DNA from: an uncultured Actinomycetota bacterium | Lineage (GTDB): Bacteria > Actinomycetota > Actinomycetes > Mycobacteriales > Mycobacteriaceae | Direction of reading: 5' to 3' | Assembly: GCA_963785625.1 (NCBI GenBank) | Contig: CAWAWC010000019.1 | Span: forward strand, 27,008 to 91,007 | Length of the DNA: 64,000 nucleotides | Shown: one piece after another, positions 17,967-28,595 of the stretch | Layout of the letters: each line of letters opens with the position of its first letter | Numbering within the stretch: position 1 is the stretch's first letter | Made by a program: the position numbers and the translations under genes | Notes under the pieces: model-generated | Seen by the model: the letters and a program-made list of their open reading frames with translations, nothing else | What the model was told of the DNA's origin: nothing | The model's database searches: none

Positions 17967-19349
17967 GTGCCCCAACGTCCGTCCCTGCCCGCGCATAGCG
18001 TCAGCCCGGCCTACACCGGCCGCATGTTCACCACCCCGGTGCCGGCGTTGCGGCTGCCCGAAGAATCGATGGACCCCGAGACCGCCTACCGCTTCATCCA
18101 CGACGAGCTGATGCTCGACGGCAGCTCGCGGCTGAACCTGGCCACCTTCGTCACCACCTGGATGGATCCCGAGGCCGGGAAACTGATGGCCGAGACGTTC
18201 GACAAGAACATGATCGACAAGGACGAATATCCGGCGACCGCGGCCATCGAGCAGCGCTGCGTATGCATGGTGGCCGACCTCTTCCACGCTGAGGACCTGA
18301 GCGACGAAGACCCCTCGAGCGCCTGCGGGGTGTCCACCATCGGCTCCAGCGAGGCGGTCATGCTGGGCGGCCTGGCCATGAAATGGCGGTGGCGCCAAAA
18401 GGTTGGTAAAGGCTGGGAGAAGCGCACTCCCAACCTGGTGATGGGTTCCAACGTCCAGGTGGTCTGGGAGAAGTTCTGTCGCTACTTCGACGTCGAACCC
18501 CGGTACCTGCCGATGGAGGTGGGCCGCTACGTCATCACTCCCGAGCAGGTCATCGAAGCCGTCGACGAGAACACCATCGGGGTGGTGGGGATCCTGGGCA
18601 CCACCTACACCGGTGAACTCGAGCCCATCGCCGAGATCTGCGCGGCGCTGGACAAACTTGCCGCGAAGGGGGGCGTGGACGTCCCGGTGCACGTCGACGC
18701 TGCCAGCGGGGGCTTTGTGGTGCCGTTCCTGCACCCAGCGCTGAAGTGGGATTTCCGGTTGCCCCGGGTGGTATCGATCAACGTCAGCGGCCACAAATAC
18801 GGGCTGACCTACCCAGGAATCGGGTTTGTCGTGTGGCGTAGTCCCGAATACCTGCCCGACGAGCTGGTCTTCCGGGTCAACTACCTGGGCGGCGACATGC
18901 CGACCTTCACGCTGAACTTCTCCCGCGCGGGCAACCAGGTGGTCGGCCAGTACTACAACTTTCTGCGGCTGGGCCGTGAGGGCTACACCCAAGTCATGCA
19001 GTCGTTGTCGCAGACAGCTCGCTGGCTGGGTGAGCAATTGCGGGTCGGGGAGCACTGCGAGCTGATCTCGGACGGTTCGGCGATCCCGGTGGTCAGCTTC
19101 CGGCTCGCCAAGAATCGCGGGTACACCGAGTTCGACGTCTCCCACGAGCTGCGGGGTTTCGGCTGGCAGGTGCCCGCCTACACCATGCCCGACAATGCCA
19201 CCGACGTTTCGGTGCTGCGGGTCGTGGTTCGCGAAGGACTCTCCGCCGACCTGGCGCGGGCGTTGCACGACGACGCCCGCACGTCGCTGGCCTCCCTGGA
19301 CAAGCTCAAGCCCGGCGGTCACTACGACGCGCAGCACTTCGCGCACTGA
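17967..19349 (+). CDS. gadB: Glutamate decarboxylase (PLP-dependent)
   Basis: 460 aa. ...[18 protein letters not shown]... and [22 protein letters not shown] (PLP-lysine motif). SD GAAAGGA lies upstream of the GTG start. Confidence 0.93.
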   Translation: MPQRPSLPAHSVSPAYTGRMFTTPVPALRLPEESMDPETAYRFIHDELMLDGSSRLNLATFVTTWMDPEAGKLMAETFDKNMIDKDEYPATAAIEQRCVCMVADLFHAEDLSDEDPSSACGVSTIGSSEAVMLGGLAMKWRWRQKVGKGWEKRTPNLVMGSNVQVVWEKFCRYFDVEPRYLPMEVGRYVITPEQVIEAVDENTIGVVGILGTTYTGELEPIAEICAALDKLAAKGGVDVPVHVDAASGGFVVPFLHPALKWDFRLPRVVSINVSGHKYGLTYPGIGFVVWRSPEYLPDELVFRVNYLGGDMPTFTLNFSRAGNQVVGQYYNFLRLGREGYTQVMQSLSQTARWLGEQLRVGEHCELISDGSAIPVVSFRLAKNRGYTEFDVSHELRGFGWQVPAYTMPDNATDVSVLRVVVREGLSADLARALHDDARTSLASLDKLKPGGHYDAQHFAH

Positions 19350-19369
19350 CGCCGCGTCCGTCACATCCA

Positions 19370-20635
19370 GTGCCCGCCGACGCAGTGGCCAATGGGGCGG
19401 CTGAGACCGATGTGACGTCTGCGGCTCAACAAACGGCGGCCCCGGCCGATTCTGGGACAATGGCAGCCGTGGTCGTTACGCCGATATCACTGACGCCCGG
19501 CGTCCTCGCTGAGGCCGTCGTGGACCTGGGCGCCATCGAGCACAACGTGCGGGTGCTGCGTGAGCACGCGGGCCCCGCGCAGGTCATGGCCGTGGTCAAG
19601 GCCGACGGCTACGGCCATGGGGCCACCCAGGTCGTGCGCGCGGCACTGGCCGCCGGAGCGGCCGAACTCGGCGTTGCCACCGTCGACGAGGCGCTGGCGC
19701 TGCGCGCCGCCGACATCACCGCACCGGTGCTGGCGTGGCTGCACCCGCCCGGCATCGACTTCGGACCCGCGCTGCTGGGCAACGTGGAGATCGCCGTGTC
19801 GTGCGAGCGCCAACTCGATGACTTGCTGGACGCGGCGCGCCGGACCGGCCGGACGGCCACGGTCACCGTCAAGGTCGACACCGGGCTGAACCGCAACGGT
19901 GTCCCCCCGGCGCAGTACCCGTCGATGCTGGCCGCGCTACGCCGGGCCGTCGCCGAGGGCGCCATCCGGCTGCGCGGACTGATGTCGCACATGGTGTACG
20001 CCGACCAGCCGGACAATCCCACCAACGACCTTCAGGCGCAACGGTTCAGCGAGATGCTGGCCCGGGCGCGCGACGAGGGAGTGCGGTTCGAAGTGGCGCA
20101 CCTGTCGAACTCATCGGCGACGATGTCTCGGCCCGACCTGTCCTTCGACCTGGTCCGGCCGGGCATCGCGGTGTACGGACTGAGCCCGGTTCCCGAGCTC
20201 GGCGACATGGGGCTGATACCGGCGATGACCGTGAAATGCCCCGTCGCACTGGTGAAGTCGGTTCGCGCGGGTGAGGGCGTGTCGTATGGGCACACCTGGA
20301 TCGCCGACCGGGACACCAACCTGGCGCTGTTGCCGGTCGGCTATGCCGACGGTGTTGTCCGCGCGCTCGGCGGGCGCCTGGAGGTGCTCATCAACGGGAG
20401 GCGGCGGCCCGGTGTCGGCCGCATCTGCATGGACCAGTTCGTCGTCGACCTCGGTCCCGGGAGGCCCGACGTGGCCGAAGGCGACGAGGCGATCCTGTTC
20501 GGACCCGGCGGCAGTGGCGAACCCACCGCGCAGGACTGGGCGGATCTGCTCGGCACCATCCACTATGAAGTGGTGACCAGCCCGCGTGGGCGCATCACCA
20601 GGACCTACCGCGAGGCGCAAACCGTTGAGCCCTAG
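19370..20635 (+). CDS. alr: Alanine racemase
   Basis: ...[12 protein letters not shown] (PLP Lys) ... very similar to my recollection of Mtb Alr through to ...[18 protein letters not shown]. The start is uncertain. ATG 19460 ([14 protein letters not shown]...) is a plausible alternative. Confidence 0.92.
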   Translation: MPADAVANGAAETDVTSAAQQTAAPADSGTMAAVVVTPISLTPGVLAEAVVDLGAIEHNVRVLREHAGPAQVMAVVKADGYGHGATQVVRAALAAGAAELGVATVDEALALRAADITAPVLAWLHPPGIDFGPALLGNVEIAVSCERQLDDLLDAARRTGRTATVTVKVDTGLNRNGVPPAQYPSMLAALRRAVAEGAIRLRGLMSHMVYADQPDNPTNDLQAQRFSEMLARARDEGVRFEVAHLSNSSATMSRPDLSFDLVRPGIAVYGLSPVPELGDMGLIPAMTVKCPVALVKSVRAGEGVSYGHTWIADRDTNLALLPVGYADGVVRALGGRLEVLINGRRRPGVGRICMDQFVVDLGPGRPDVAEGDEAILFGPGGSGEPTAQDWADLLGTIHYEVVTSPRGRITRTYREAQTVEP

Positions 20636-21740
20636 CAAAACCCGCAGCGGCCACAGGGGCAGGGCCTGGCTTGCGGGGGGCGCCGGGCTGATCGCCGTCG
20701 CCACCATCGTGGGAGCCACGGCCCGCCGTTCGATCACCCAACGCGCCACCACCCGCGAAGACCCGTATGTCGATGAGGATTTCGACAGGATCGACGACGA
20801 CCGCGGGTACGTGGTGACCACGCTCGACGGGGTGCCGCTGGCGGTCCGCGAAGCCGGCCCGCGCGACGCGCGGGTGACCATCGTCTTCGTGCACGGGTTC
20901 TGTCTGCGCATGGGCGCCTTCCACTTTCAGCGGACGCGGCTTCCCGGGCAGCTGGGGCCGGACGTGCGCATGGTCTTCTACGACCAGCGCGGCCACGGGC
21001 AATCCGGCGAAGCCTCGCCCGAGACCTACACGCTGACGCAGCTCGGCCGGGACCTGGAAAGCGTGCTCAAAGTGGCCGCGCCGCAAGGGGTCGTCGTGGT
21101 TGTCGGTCACTCGATGGGCGGCATGACGGTGCTGTCCCATGCCCGCCAGTTCCCCGACCGGTACGGGCGCTGGATCGTCGGTGCCGCGCTGATTTCCTCC
21201 GCCGCCGAAGGCGTTACCAGTTCGCCGTTGGGTGAGATCCTGAAAAACCCTGCGCTGGAAGCGGTCCGGTTCACCGCGCGGTCCGCACCCAAGCTGATGC
21301 ATCGCGGCCGCAATGTGTCGCGGTCGCTCATCGGCCCGGTGCTGCGGGCCGCGTCCTACAGCGACCTGCACGTCAGCCGCAGCCTCGACGCGTTCTCCCA
21401 GCGCATGATGAACGGCACCCCGATTCCCACCATGGTGGGTTTCCTGGATGCCCTCGAACACCACGACGAGACCGCCGGGCTGTGGCCGCTGCTGCGGATC
21501 CCGACGCTGATCGCCTGCGGCGACCACGACCTGATCACCCCGGACGAGTATTCGCGGAAGATGGCGGCCTCGCTGCCGCAATCCGAGCTGGTCATCGTCC
21601 CCGGGGCCAGTCACCTGGCGCTGTTGGACAAACCCGAGGCCATCAACGACGGGCTGGCCCGACTGGTCGGGCGGGCCACCCCGAGCAGGACGGCGCTCGC
21701 CGTTCGGCGACTGCGCGAAAGGTTGCGCCGCAATGCGTGA
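20586..21740 (+). CDS. Alpha/beta hydrolase with an N-terminal membrane anchor
   Basis: [13 protein letters not shown]..., nucleophile elbow [11 protein letters not shown]-terminal ...[15 protein letters not shown]. The start is uncertain (GTG 20586 overlaps alr; TTG 20625 is an alternative). Confidence 0.8.
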   Translation: MGASPGPTARRKPLSPSKTRSGHRGRAWLAGGAGLIAVATIVGATARRSITQRATTREDPYVDEDFDRIDDDRGYVVTTLDGVPLAVREAGPRDARVTIVFVHGFCLRMGAFHFQRTRLPGQLGPDVRMVFYDQRGHGQSGEASPETYTLTQLGRDLESVLKVAAPQGVVVVVGHSMGGMTVLSHARQFPDRYGRWIVGAALISSAAEGVTSSPLGEILKNPALEAVRFTARSAPKLMHRGRNVSRSLIGPVLRAASYSDLHVSRSLDAFSQRMMNGTPIPTMVGFLDALEHHDETAGLWPLLRIPTLIACGDHDLITPDEYSRKMAASLPQSELVIVPGASHLALLDKPEAINDGLARLVGRATPSRTALAVRRLRERLRRNA

Positions 21741-22245
21741 GGCTGATGGCGGCGACCCGCCGCGCCCGGCTTCGCCGCGCTCGCGATCGCCGCGGGGGGG
21801 CACGGCCACGCTGGAATGCGTCGAGGACACCGTCGCGCTGGGGTCGCGGCTCGGGGAGCAGCTCCGCGCCGGCGACGTGGTGGTGCTTTCCGGTCCGCTC
21901 GGCGCGGGAAAAACCATGCTGGCCAAGGGAATTGCAGCGGCGATGGACATCGACGGCCCGGTCACCTCGCCGTCTTACGTCCTGGCTCGAGTACACCCGC
22001 CGCGGCGGCCCGGCGCGCCGGCGATGATCCACGTCGACATGTACCGGCTGCTCGATGACGGCGGGGACCTGCTGGGTGAGCTCGACTCCCTGGACCTCGA
22101 CAGCGAGCTAGCGGACGCGGTCGTGGTGGTCGAGTGGGGCGAGGGCCTGGCCGAGCGCCTCGCCGAGCGGCACCTCGACGTCCGTCTCGAGCGCGTCAGC
22201 CATTCCGATGTGCGGATCGCGACCTGGGAGTGGAACCGCTCATGA
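21733..22245 (+). CDS. tsaE: tRNA t6A37 biosynthesis ATPase TsaE
   Basis: LSGPLGAGKTMLAKGIA P-loop and SPSYVLARVH motif. First gene of the tsaE-tsaB-rimI-tsaD cluster. Confidence 0.88.
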   Translation: MREADGGDPPRPASPRSRSPRGGTATLECVEDTVALGSRLGEQLRAGDVVVLSGPLGAGKTMLAKGIAAAMDIDGPVTSPSYVLARVHPPRRPGAPAMIHVDMYRLLDDGGDLLGELDSLDLDSELADAVVVVEWGEGLAERLAERHLDVRLERVSHSDVRIATWEWNRS

Positions 22246-22865
22246 GCATCGTGCTCGCCCTCGACACCGCTACCCCGGCCGTGACGGCCGGGATCGTGCG
22301 GGTGCCGGATCTCGCCGTGCTGGCCGAGCGCGTCACCGTCGACGCCCGGGCGCACGCCGAACGTCTCACCCCCAACGTGCTAGAAGCCCTCGCCGACGCC
22401 GCGCTGACCATGGCCGACCTCGACGCCGTCGTGGTCGGCTGCGGTCCCGGCCCGTTCACCGGTCTGCGGGCCGGGATGGCCACCGCCGCCGCATACGGGC
22501 ACGCGCTGGGCATCCCCGTGCACGGCGTCTGCAGCCTGGACGCCATCGGGGTGCGCACCTCCGGCGAGACACTGGTGGTCACCGACGCGCGCCGGCGGGA
22601 GGTCTACTGGGCGCGCTACCGCGACGGAATTCGGACCGGCGGACCGGGAGTCAATGCCCCGGCCGACGTCGACCCCGGCACCGCGCGTGCGGTCGCCGGC
22701 TCACCCGAGCATGCCGCGCTGTTCGACCTGCCGCGCCGCGAGCCGGCGTACCCGACGCCCGCCGGTCTGGTACGCGCGGTTGCCGACTGGTCGGACGACC
22801 CGGCACCGCTGGTCGCGCTGTACCTGCGCCGGCCCGACGCCAAACCGCTGGCGGTCCAATGGTGA
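22242..22865 (+). CDS. tsaB: tRNA t6A37 biosynthesis protein TsaB
   Basis: Track ORF 22134..22865 trimmed to ATG 22242, which overlaps the tsaE stop. MSIVLALDTATPAVTAGIV... GPGPFTGLRAGMATA. Confidence 0.88.
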   Translation: MSIVLALDTATPAVTAGIVRVPDLAVLAERVTVDARAHAERLTPNVLEALADAALTMADLDAVVVGCGPGPFTGLRAGMATAAAYGHALGIPVHGVCSLDAIGVRTSGETLVVTDARRREVYWARYRDGIRTGGPGVNAPADVDPGTARAVAGSPEHAALFDLPRREPAYPTPAGLVRAVADWSDDPAPLVALYLRRPDAKPLAVQW

Positions 22866-23335
22866 CCGCCTTTCACGAACCCGTGACCATCGACGCGCTG
22901 ACCCCCGCCGACGCGCAGCGGTGCGCCGAGCTGGAGGCGCAGCTGTTCGACGGCGACGACCCGTGGCCCGCGGTGGCGTTCAACCGGGAGCTGGCCAGCG
23001 CCCACAACCACTACGTCGGCGCGCGCACCGGCGGGCGCCTGGTCGGTTACGCCGGCATCTCGCGGTTGGGCCGCAGGCCGCCGTTCGAGTACGAGGTCCA
23101 CACCATCGGCGTGGACGCGGCATACCAGGGACAGGGGATCGGCCGGCGGTTGCTCGACGCGCTGCTCGATTTCGCCGACGGCGGTGTCGTATACCTTGAG
23201 GTCCGCACCGACAACGAGCCGGCCATCACGCTGTACCGCAGCGCGGGATTCGAGCAGATCGGCCTGCGCCGGCGCTACTACCGCGTCAGCGGCGCCGACG
23301 CGTACACCATGCGCAGGGGAGAGCGGCGCGCATGA
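22859..23335 (+). CDS. rimI: Ribosomal-protein-alanine N-acetyltransferase (GNAT)
   Basis: Lies in the frame of track ORF 22208..23335, from ATG 22859. Contains the GNAT motif [23 protein letters not shown]. Confidence 0.88.
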   Translation: MVTAFHEPVTIDALTPADAQRCAELEAQLFDGDDPWPAVAFNRELASAHNHYVGARTGGRLVGYAGISRLGRRPPFEYEVHTIGVDAAYQGQGIGRRLLDALLDFADGGVVYLEVRTDNEPAITLYRSAGFEQIGLRRRYYRVSGADAYTMRRGERRA

Positions 23336-24375
23336 CCACCGTCCTGGCCATCGAAACCTCTTGCGACGAAACGGGAGTCGGCATCGCGCGCCTCGACCCC
23401 GACCGGAGCGTGACGCTGCTCGCCGACGAGGTGGCGTCCAGCGTCGACGAACACGTCCGCTTCGGCGGCGTGGTCCCCGAGATCGCCTCAAGGGCGCACC
23501 TGGAGGCACTGGGCCCCACCATGCGCCGCGCCCTGGCGGCCGCGGGATTGGAAAGCCCGGCCAGACCAGACATAGTCGCCGCCACGATCGGGCCCGGGCT
23601 CGCCGGCGCCCTGCTGGTGGGAGTCGCGGCGGCCAAGGCGTACTCGGCGGCCTGGGGGGTTCCGTTCTACGCGGTCAACCACCTGGGCGGGCACCTGGCC
23701 GCCGACGTCTACGAACACGGGCCGCTGCCCGAATGCGTGGCGCTGCTGGTGTCCGGCGGACACACGCACCTCTTGCATGTACGGTCGCTCGGCGAGCCGA
23801 TCGTCGAGCTGGGCAGCACCGTCGACGACGCCGCCGGCGAGGCCTACGACAAGGTGGCGCGGCTGCTGGGACTGGGCTACCCGGGCGGCAAGGTGCTCGA
23901 CGAGCTGGCCCGCACCGGCGACCGGGAGGCCCGGGAGATCATCGCCTTCCCGCGCGGCATGACCGGCCCGGGCGACGACCCTTACGCGTTCAGCTTCTCC
24001 GGGCTGAAAACCGCCGTGGCGCGGTATGTGGAGAGCCATCCCGATGTGGAGACCGCCCACATCGCCGCCGGGTTCCAGGAAGCCGTCGCCGACGTGTTGA
24101 CCATGAAGGCGGTGCGCGCGGCCACCCGGCTCGGCGTCTCGACGCTGCTGATCGCCGGGGGAGTGGCCGCGAACTCGCGGCTGCGGGAGCTGGCGGCGCA
24201 GCGTTGCGCGGCGGCTGGCCTGACGCTGCGGATCCCTAGGCCTCGGCTGTGCACCGACAACGGGGCGATGATCGCCTCGTTCGCCGCGCACCTGGTGGCC
24301 GCCGGCGCGCCGCCGTCACCGCTGGATGTGCCCAGCGACCCCGGCCTGCCCGTGGTAAAAGGGCTGGTCACCTGA
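23332..24375 (+). CDS. tsaD: tRNA N6-adenosine threonylcarbamoyltransferase TsaD
   Basis: 347-aa [19 protein letters not shown]... VNHLGGHL... is a canonical Kae1/TsaD sequence. Confidence 0.95.
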   Translation: MTTVLAIETSCDETGVGIARLDPDRSVTLLADEVASSVDEHVRFGGVVPEIASRAHLEALGPTMRRALAAAGLESPARPDIVAATIGPGLAGALLVGVAAAKAYSAAWGVPFYAVNHLGGHLAADVYEHGPLPECVALLVSGGHTHLLHVRSLGEPIVELGSTVDDAAGEAYDKVARLLGLGYPGGKVLDELARTGDREAREIIAFPRGMTGPGDDPYAFSFSGLKTAVARYVESHPDVETAHIAAGFQEAVADVLTMKAVRAATRLGVSTLLIAGGVAANSRLRELAAQRCAAAGLTLRIPRPRLCTDNGAMIASFAAHLVAAGAPPSPLDVPSDPGLPVVKGLVT

Positions 24376-24378
24376 AAG

Positions 24379-25035
24379 TTAGTTGCTGGTTTCCTGGGTG
24401 ACGATGAGCAGGTCGTCGCCGGTCGCCCAGGCTTTGGTGAAGGTGGCCATGGGTATCTGCTCGTCGCGGCCGTTGGGGGTGCCGCTGTCGTTGAGGTGGA
24501 CGATGTTGTCGCGGGTGTCGACTCCGGTGACGACGACGGCGTGGTCGACCTCGGACCGTGTCCCCTGCCCCGGCGGGTAGTTCCAGATGGTTTCGGCGTT
24601 GAGCGCGGCGATCACCTTGTGGCCGCCAGCGAGGTCCTGCTCGAGCCCGTGCATGGTGTTGCCGGTCGTGAGCTGGGATTGGATGCCGTATTTGCCCAGC
24701 AGCACGACCAGGTCTTCGGGGGAGGTGCCGTCGAGGCGGTAGATGCCGCCGCGGTGGGCTTCGCTTTTGGTGAACACGCCGCGTAGCTCGATGCCGAGTT
24801 GGGTGGGTTCTCGCCCGGTGAGCTGGCCGACCACGTCGGCGACGGCTATCAGGCCGCAGTCTTGCTGGTGCTGGTAGCGCCAGTAGGGCGCGGCGGCCGC
24901 GGGGTTGCCGTACATCTGGCCGTTCGGGTCGCCGCTGGCTAACCCGGTGCTGACCTGCGCCAATCCGATGGCGACCGCAATGATCAACGCGGCCACGCCG
25001 GCGGTGTGGGTCCGGTTGAGGATGCCTGAGAACAT
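24379..25035 (-). CDS. Exported papain-fold cysteine peptidase (C39-like)
   Basis: Track ORF 24379..25296 trimmed to ATG 25035. It has an N-terminal signal/anchor (MFSGILNRTHTAGVAALIIAVAIGLAQVSTGLASG). Candidate catalytic residues are Cys in QHQQDCGLIAVADV and His in SEVDHAVVVTGVD. Confidence 0.6.
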   Translation of the reverse strand: MFSGILNRTHTAGVAALIIAVAIGLAQVSTGLASGDPNGQMYGNPAAAAPYWRYQHQQDCGLIAVADVVGQLTGREPTQLGIELRGVFTKSEAHRGGIYRLDGTSPEDLVVLLGKYGIQSQLTTGNTMHGLEQDLAGGHKVIAALNAETIWNYPPGQGTRSEVDHAVVVTGVDTRDNIVHLNDSGTPNGRDEQIPMATFTKAWATGDDLLIVTQETSN

Positions 25036-25151
25036 GACTTCATTGTGAGCACTTGACGGACTTCTCGCTGCGGTTACATGAGCAGCAGGGGATGGGCGCG
25101 AACCGGTCGGTACGAACATGGCCGGGGGAAGCAGCGGGCCGCCCTTGAGTG

Positions 25152-25178
25152 CTAGCACTCTCGTGTATAGAGTGCTAG
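25152..25178. promoter_or_regulatory. CIRCE (HrcA operator) upstream of groES
   Basis: CTAGCACTC-N9-GAGTGCTAG compared with the consensus TTAGCACTC-N9-GAGTGCTAA. An extra half-site GAGTGCTAG at 25147-25155 makes a 14-bp palindrome, GAGTGCTAGCACTC. Confidence 0.85.
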
Positions 25179-25346
25179 GTGGCAATCGGGCGCTCCCCTG
25201 CGTCGGCACCCGCGATGACGGCGCGAGGGCACGGCCGAATGCCGAATCACCTAAAAAACGGACGGTTCGGGGCAAGCCCCGGACCCGCAACAACACAGTC
25301 CGGGCCCCAGGCCCGGACCCAATCTAACTAGTGGAGGGCTCCAATC

Positions 25347-25649
25347 GTGGCGAAGGTGAACATCAAGCCACTCGAGGACAAGATTCTCGTGCAGGCCAAC
25401 GAGGCCGAGACCACGACCGCGTCCGGTCTGGTCATTCCTGACACCGCCAAGGAGAAGCCGCAGGAAGGCACCGTCGTCGCAGTCGGCCCCGGCCGGTGGG
25501 ACGAGGACGGCGAGAAGCGGATCCCGCTCGACGTGTCGGAGGGTGACACCGTCATCTACAGCAAGTACGGCGGCACCGAGATCAAGTACAACGGCGAGGA
25601 ATACCTGATCCTGTCGGCACGCGACGTGCTGGCCATCGTATCCAAGTAA
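25347..25649 (+). CDS. groES: Co-chaperonin GroES
   Basis: 100-aa [49 protein letters not shown]... is a canonical Cpn10 sequence. Confidence 0.97.
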   Translation: MAKVNIKPLEDKILVQANEAETTTASGLVIPDTAKEKPQEGTVVAVGPGRWDEDGEKRIPLDVSEGDTVIYSKYGGTEIKYNGEEYLILSARDVLAIVSK

Positions 25650-27362
<1,713 letters not shown>

Positions 27363-27368
27363 GAGATC

Positions 27369-27438
27369 GATGCCCCGACTGTGGGGCTGATGTACGAAAT
27401 CCCAACGATTTCCGTGCATCAGCCCCACGGTCGGCATC
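27369..27438 (+). other. Long imperfect hairpin immediately after the groEL1 stop
   Basis: GATGCCccGACtGTGGGGCTGATG (27369-27392) pairs with CATCAGCCCCACGGTCGGCATC (27417-27438), with a 24-nt loop. Confidence 0.5.
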
Positions 27439-27470
27439 ACCCCCGGTCCAGCGACCGGGGGTGTTTTCGT
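27438..27470 (+). terminator. Intrinsic terminator of groES-groEL1
   Basis: CACCCCCGGTC-cagc-GACCGGGGGTG followed by TTTTCGT. Confidence 0.75.
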
Positions 27471-27760
27471 ATGCCGTTGCCGCGACGTGAACCGAACGTA
27501 GCTCGTCACAAGAGTCGAGTCGGCCGCCCCGTGACCGCACAGCAACTCGATAACACAGGCCCAGCTTGCCGCTAAAACCGAGCGGTAAACATGCTGGATG
27601 AGGAACCAACGCTCACCCGCCAGCGGTCGTGAAGGCAGTCCAGCAAACGCCCACGACCGACACGACGTTCGCGCAATTCAGCGCGGCGGACATTCGGGCT
27701 GCCAGAGCGTCGGTCCAGGTACCAACCCCCTCCACCATTTCATCTCAAGGAAGCGATGAC

Positions 27761-28018
27761 ATGACGACTCAGCACTACCGAGTGATCACGAAAATGATTG
27801 TCAGCGGCGCTGTCGCTATCGGCTCCTGTCTTGTGGGAGCAGCACCGGCCGGCGCCGACCCGGACCCGTACGGCGGCCTTCACTGTAGCTGCCAAGAGAC
27901 AGCCCCGGCCGGCAGCGCGGATCCGAGGGAAGAGATCGAACGAGGACTCCGGGAGGGGCACTCTGCCTGGCTGCCGGGACTACCGGCACCGGTCCAGTCC
28001 GGCCAACCGCAGCAGTAA
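27761..28018 (+). CDS. Small exported protein (85 aa), unknown function
   Basis: Track ORF 27629..28018 trimmed to ATG 27761, after the SD AAGGAAG. It has a signal-like N-terminus MTTQHYRVITKMIVSGAVAIGSCLVGAAPAGA/DPDP. I do not recognise a family. Confidence 0.45.
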   Translation: MTTQHYRVITKMIVSGAVAIGSCLVGAAPAGADPDPYGGLHCSCQETAPAGSADPREEIERGLREGHSAWLPGLPAPVQSGQPQQ

Positions 28019-28063
28019 CCACCGAGACGGACGGCTACGGCCGGGTCCCGGCAGGCCGTGGGA

Positions 28064-28474
28064 TCAGACGCGCACGTCGCGGAGCCCGACGGCAAAGCGC
28101 AAGCCCGAGCAGTTGTAGCACCCCACGCACCCGACGCAGTTTGTGCAGCCGGCGCAACCCAGGCATGCGATGCAACGCCTGCACAATGCGCACGCCACAC
28201 ATGCCACACTCCCGGCGACCGCGAATGACATTGCGGTGACGAGACTTCCGGCGACGGCGGCGCTGCCGGCTGTGGCGATTGACCCGGCCACCCCGGCACT
28301 GGCCACCGTGGCCGCCGATCCGGCGACTGCGGTGCTGGCCACGGTGGCCGCCGAGCCGGCCACCGCCGAGCTGGCGACGGTGGCCACGGACCCAACTACA
28401 GCGGTGCTAGCCACTGTGGCTTGGGAGCCAACGGGACCGCCTTCAGCGCCAATGGGTTTGACCACGTCCTCCAT
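28064..28474 (-). CDS. Orphan 136-aa period-3 repeat protein with a poly-CxxC C-terminal tract (unknown family)
   Basis: C-terminal part of track ORF 28064..28732, from ATG 28474. Sequence: MEDVVKPIGAEGGPVGSQATVASTAVVGSVATVASSAVAGSAATVASTAVAGSAATVASAGVAGSIATAGSAAVAGSLVTAMSFAVAGSVACVACALCRRCIACLGCAGCTNCVGCVGCYNCSGLRFAVGLRDVRV. There are 11 Cys codons (10 TGC, 1 TGT) exactly 3 codons apart. The opposite-strand frame reads a Q/H mixture at these positions. TACATT lies 7 nt upstream of the ATG, so the transcript may be leaderless. Confidence 0.6.
   Translation of the reverse strand: MEDVVKPIGAEGGPVGSQATVASTAVVGSVATVASSAVAGSAATVASTAVAGSAATVASAGVAGSIATAGSAAVAGSLVTAMSFAVAGSVACVACALCRRCIACLGCAGCTNCVGCVGCYNCSGLRFAVGLRDVRV
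28202..28429 (-). repeat. Roughly 36-bp (12-codon) in-frame tandem repeats, about 6 copies (GSxATVASxAVA)
   Basis: Units such as GGC TCG GCG GCC ACC GTG GCC AGC ACC GCA GTC GCC recur with few changes, corresponding to residues 16-91 of the ORF. Confidence 0.85.
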
Positions 28475-28595
28475 TGTCGACAATGTAGACCGTGCCCGTT
28501 GTTTGCGGGGGGCGTCGTCATTGGTGGTGCTAGCGTCCCGAAGATGTCCACTGGCGGGATCGGTGAAGTTCCGGCAATCGAGCGAGGTCAACACG

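Noticed and set aside
28202-28429. The regular roughly 36-bp repeats as a CRISPR array
   Set aside because: The repeats are contiguous with no spacers, are in-frame within an ORF, and no cas genes are present.
28143-28595. N-terminal PATA/LATVA-repeat extension of the crotonase ORF (414-aa track ORF)
   Set aside because: The linker between the repeats and the crotonase domain reads like non-coding sequence (RARCLRGASSLVVLASRRCPLAGS). The frame has a TAG at 28116. The wobble argument also favours the opposite strand, where Cys is invariant while this frame reads a Q/H mix. The crotonase from ATG 28596 has a normal length.
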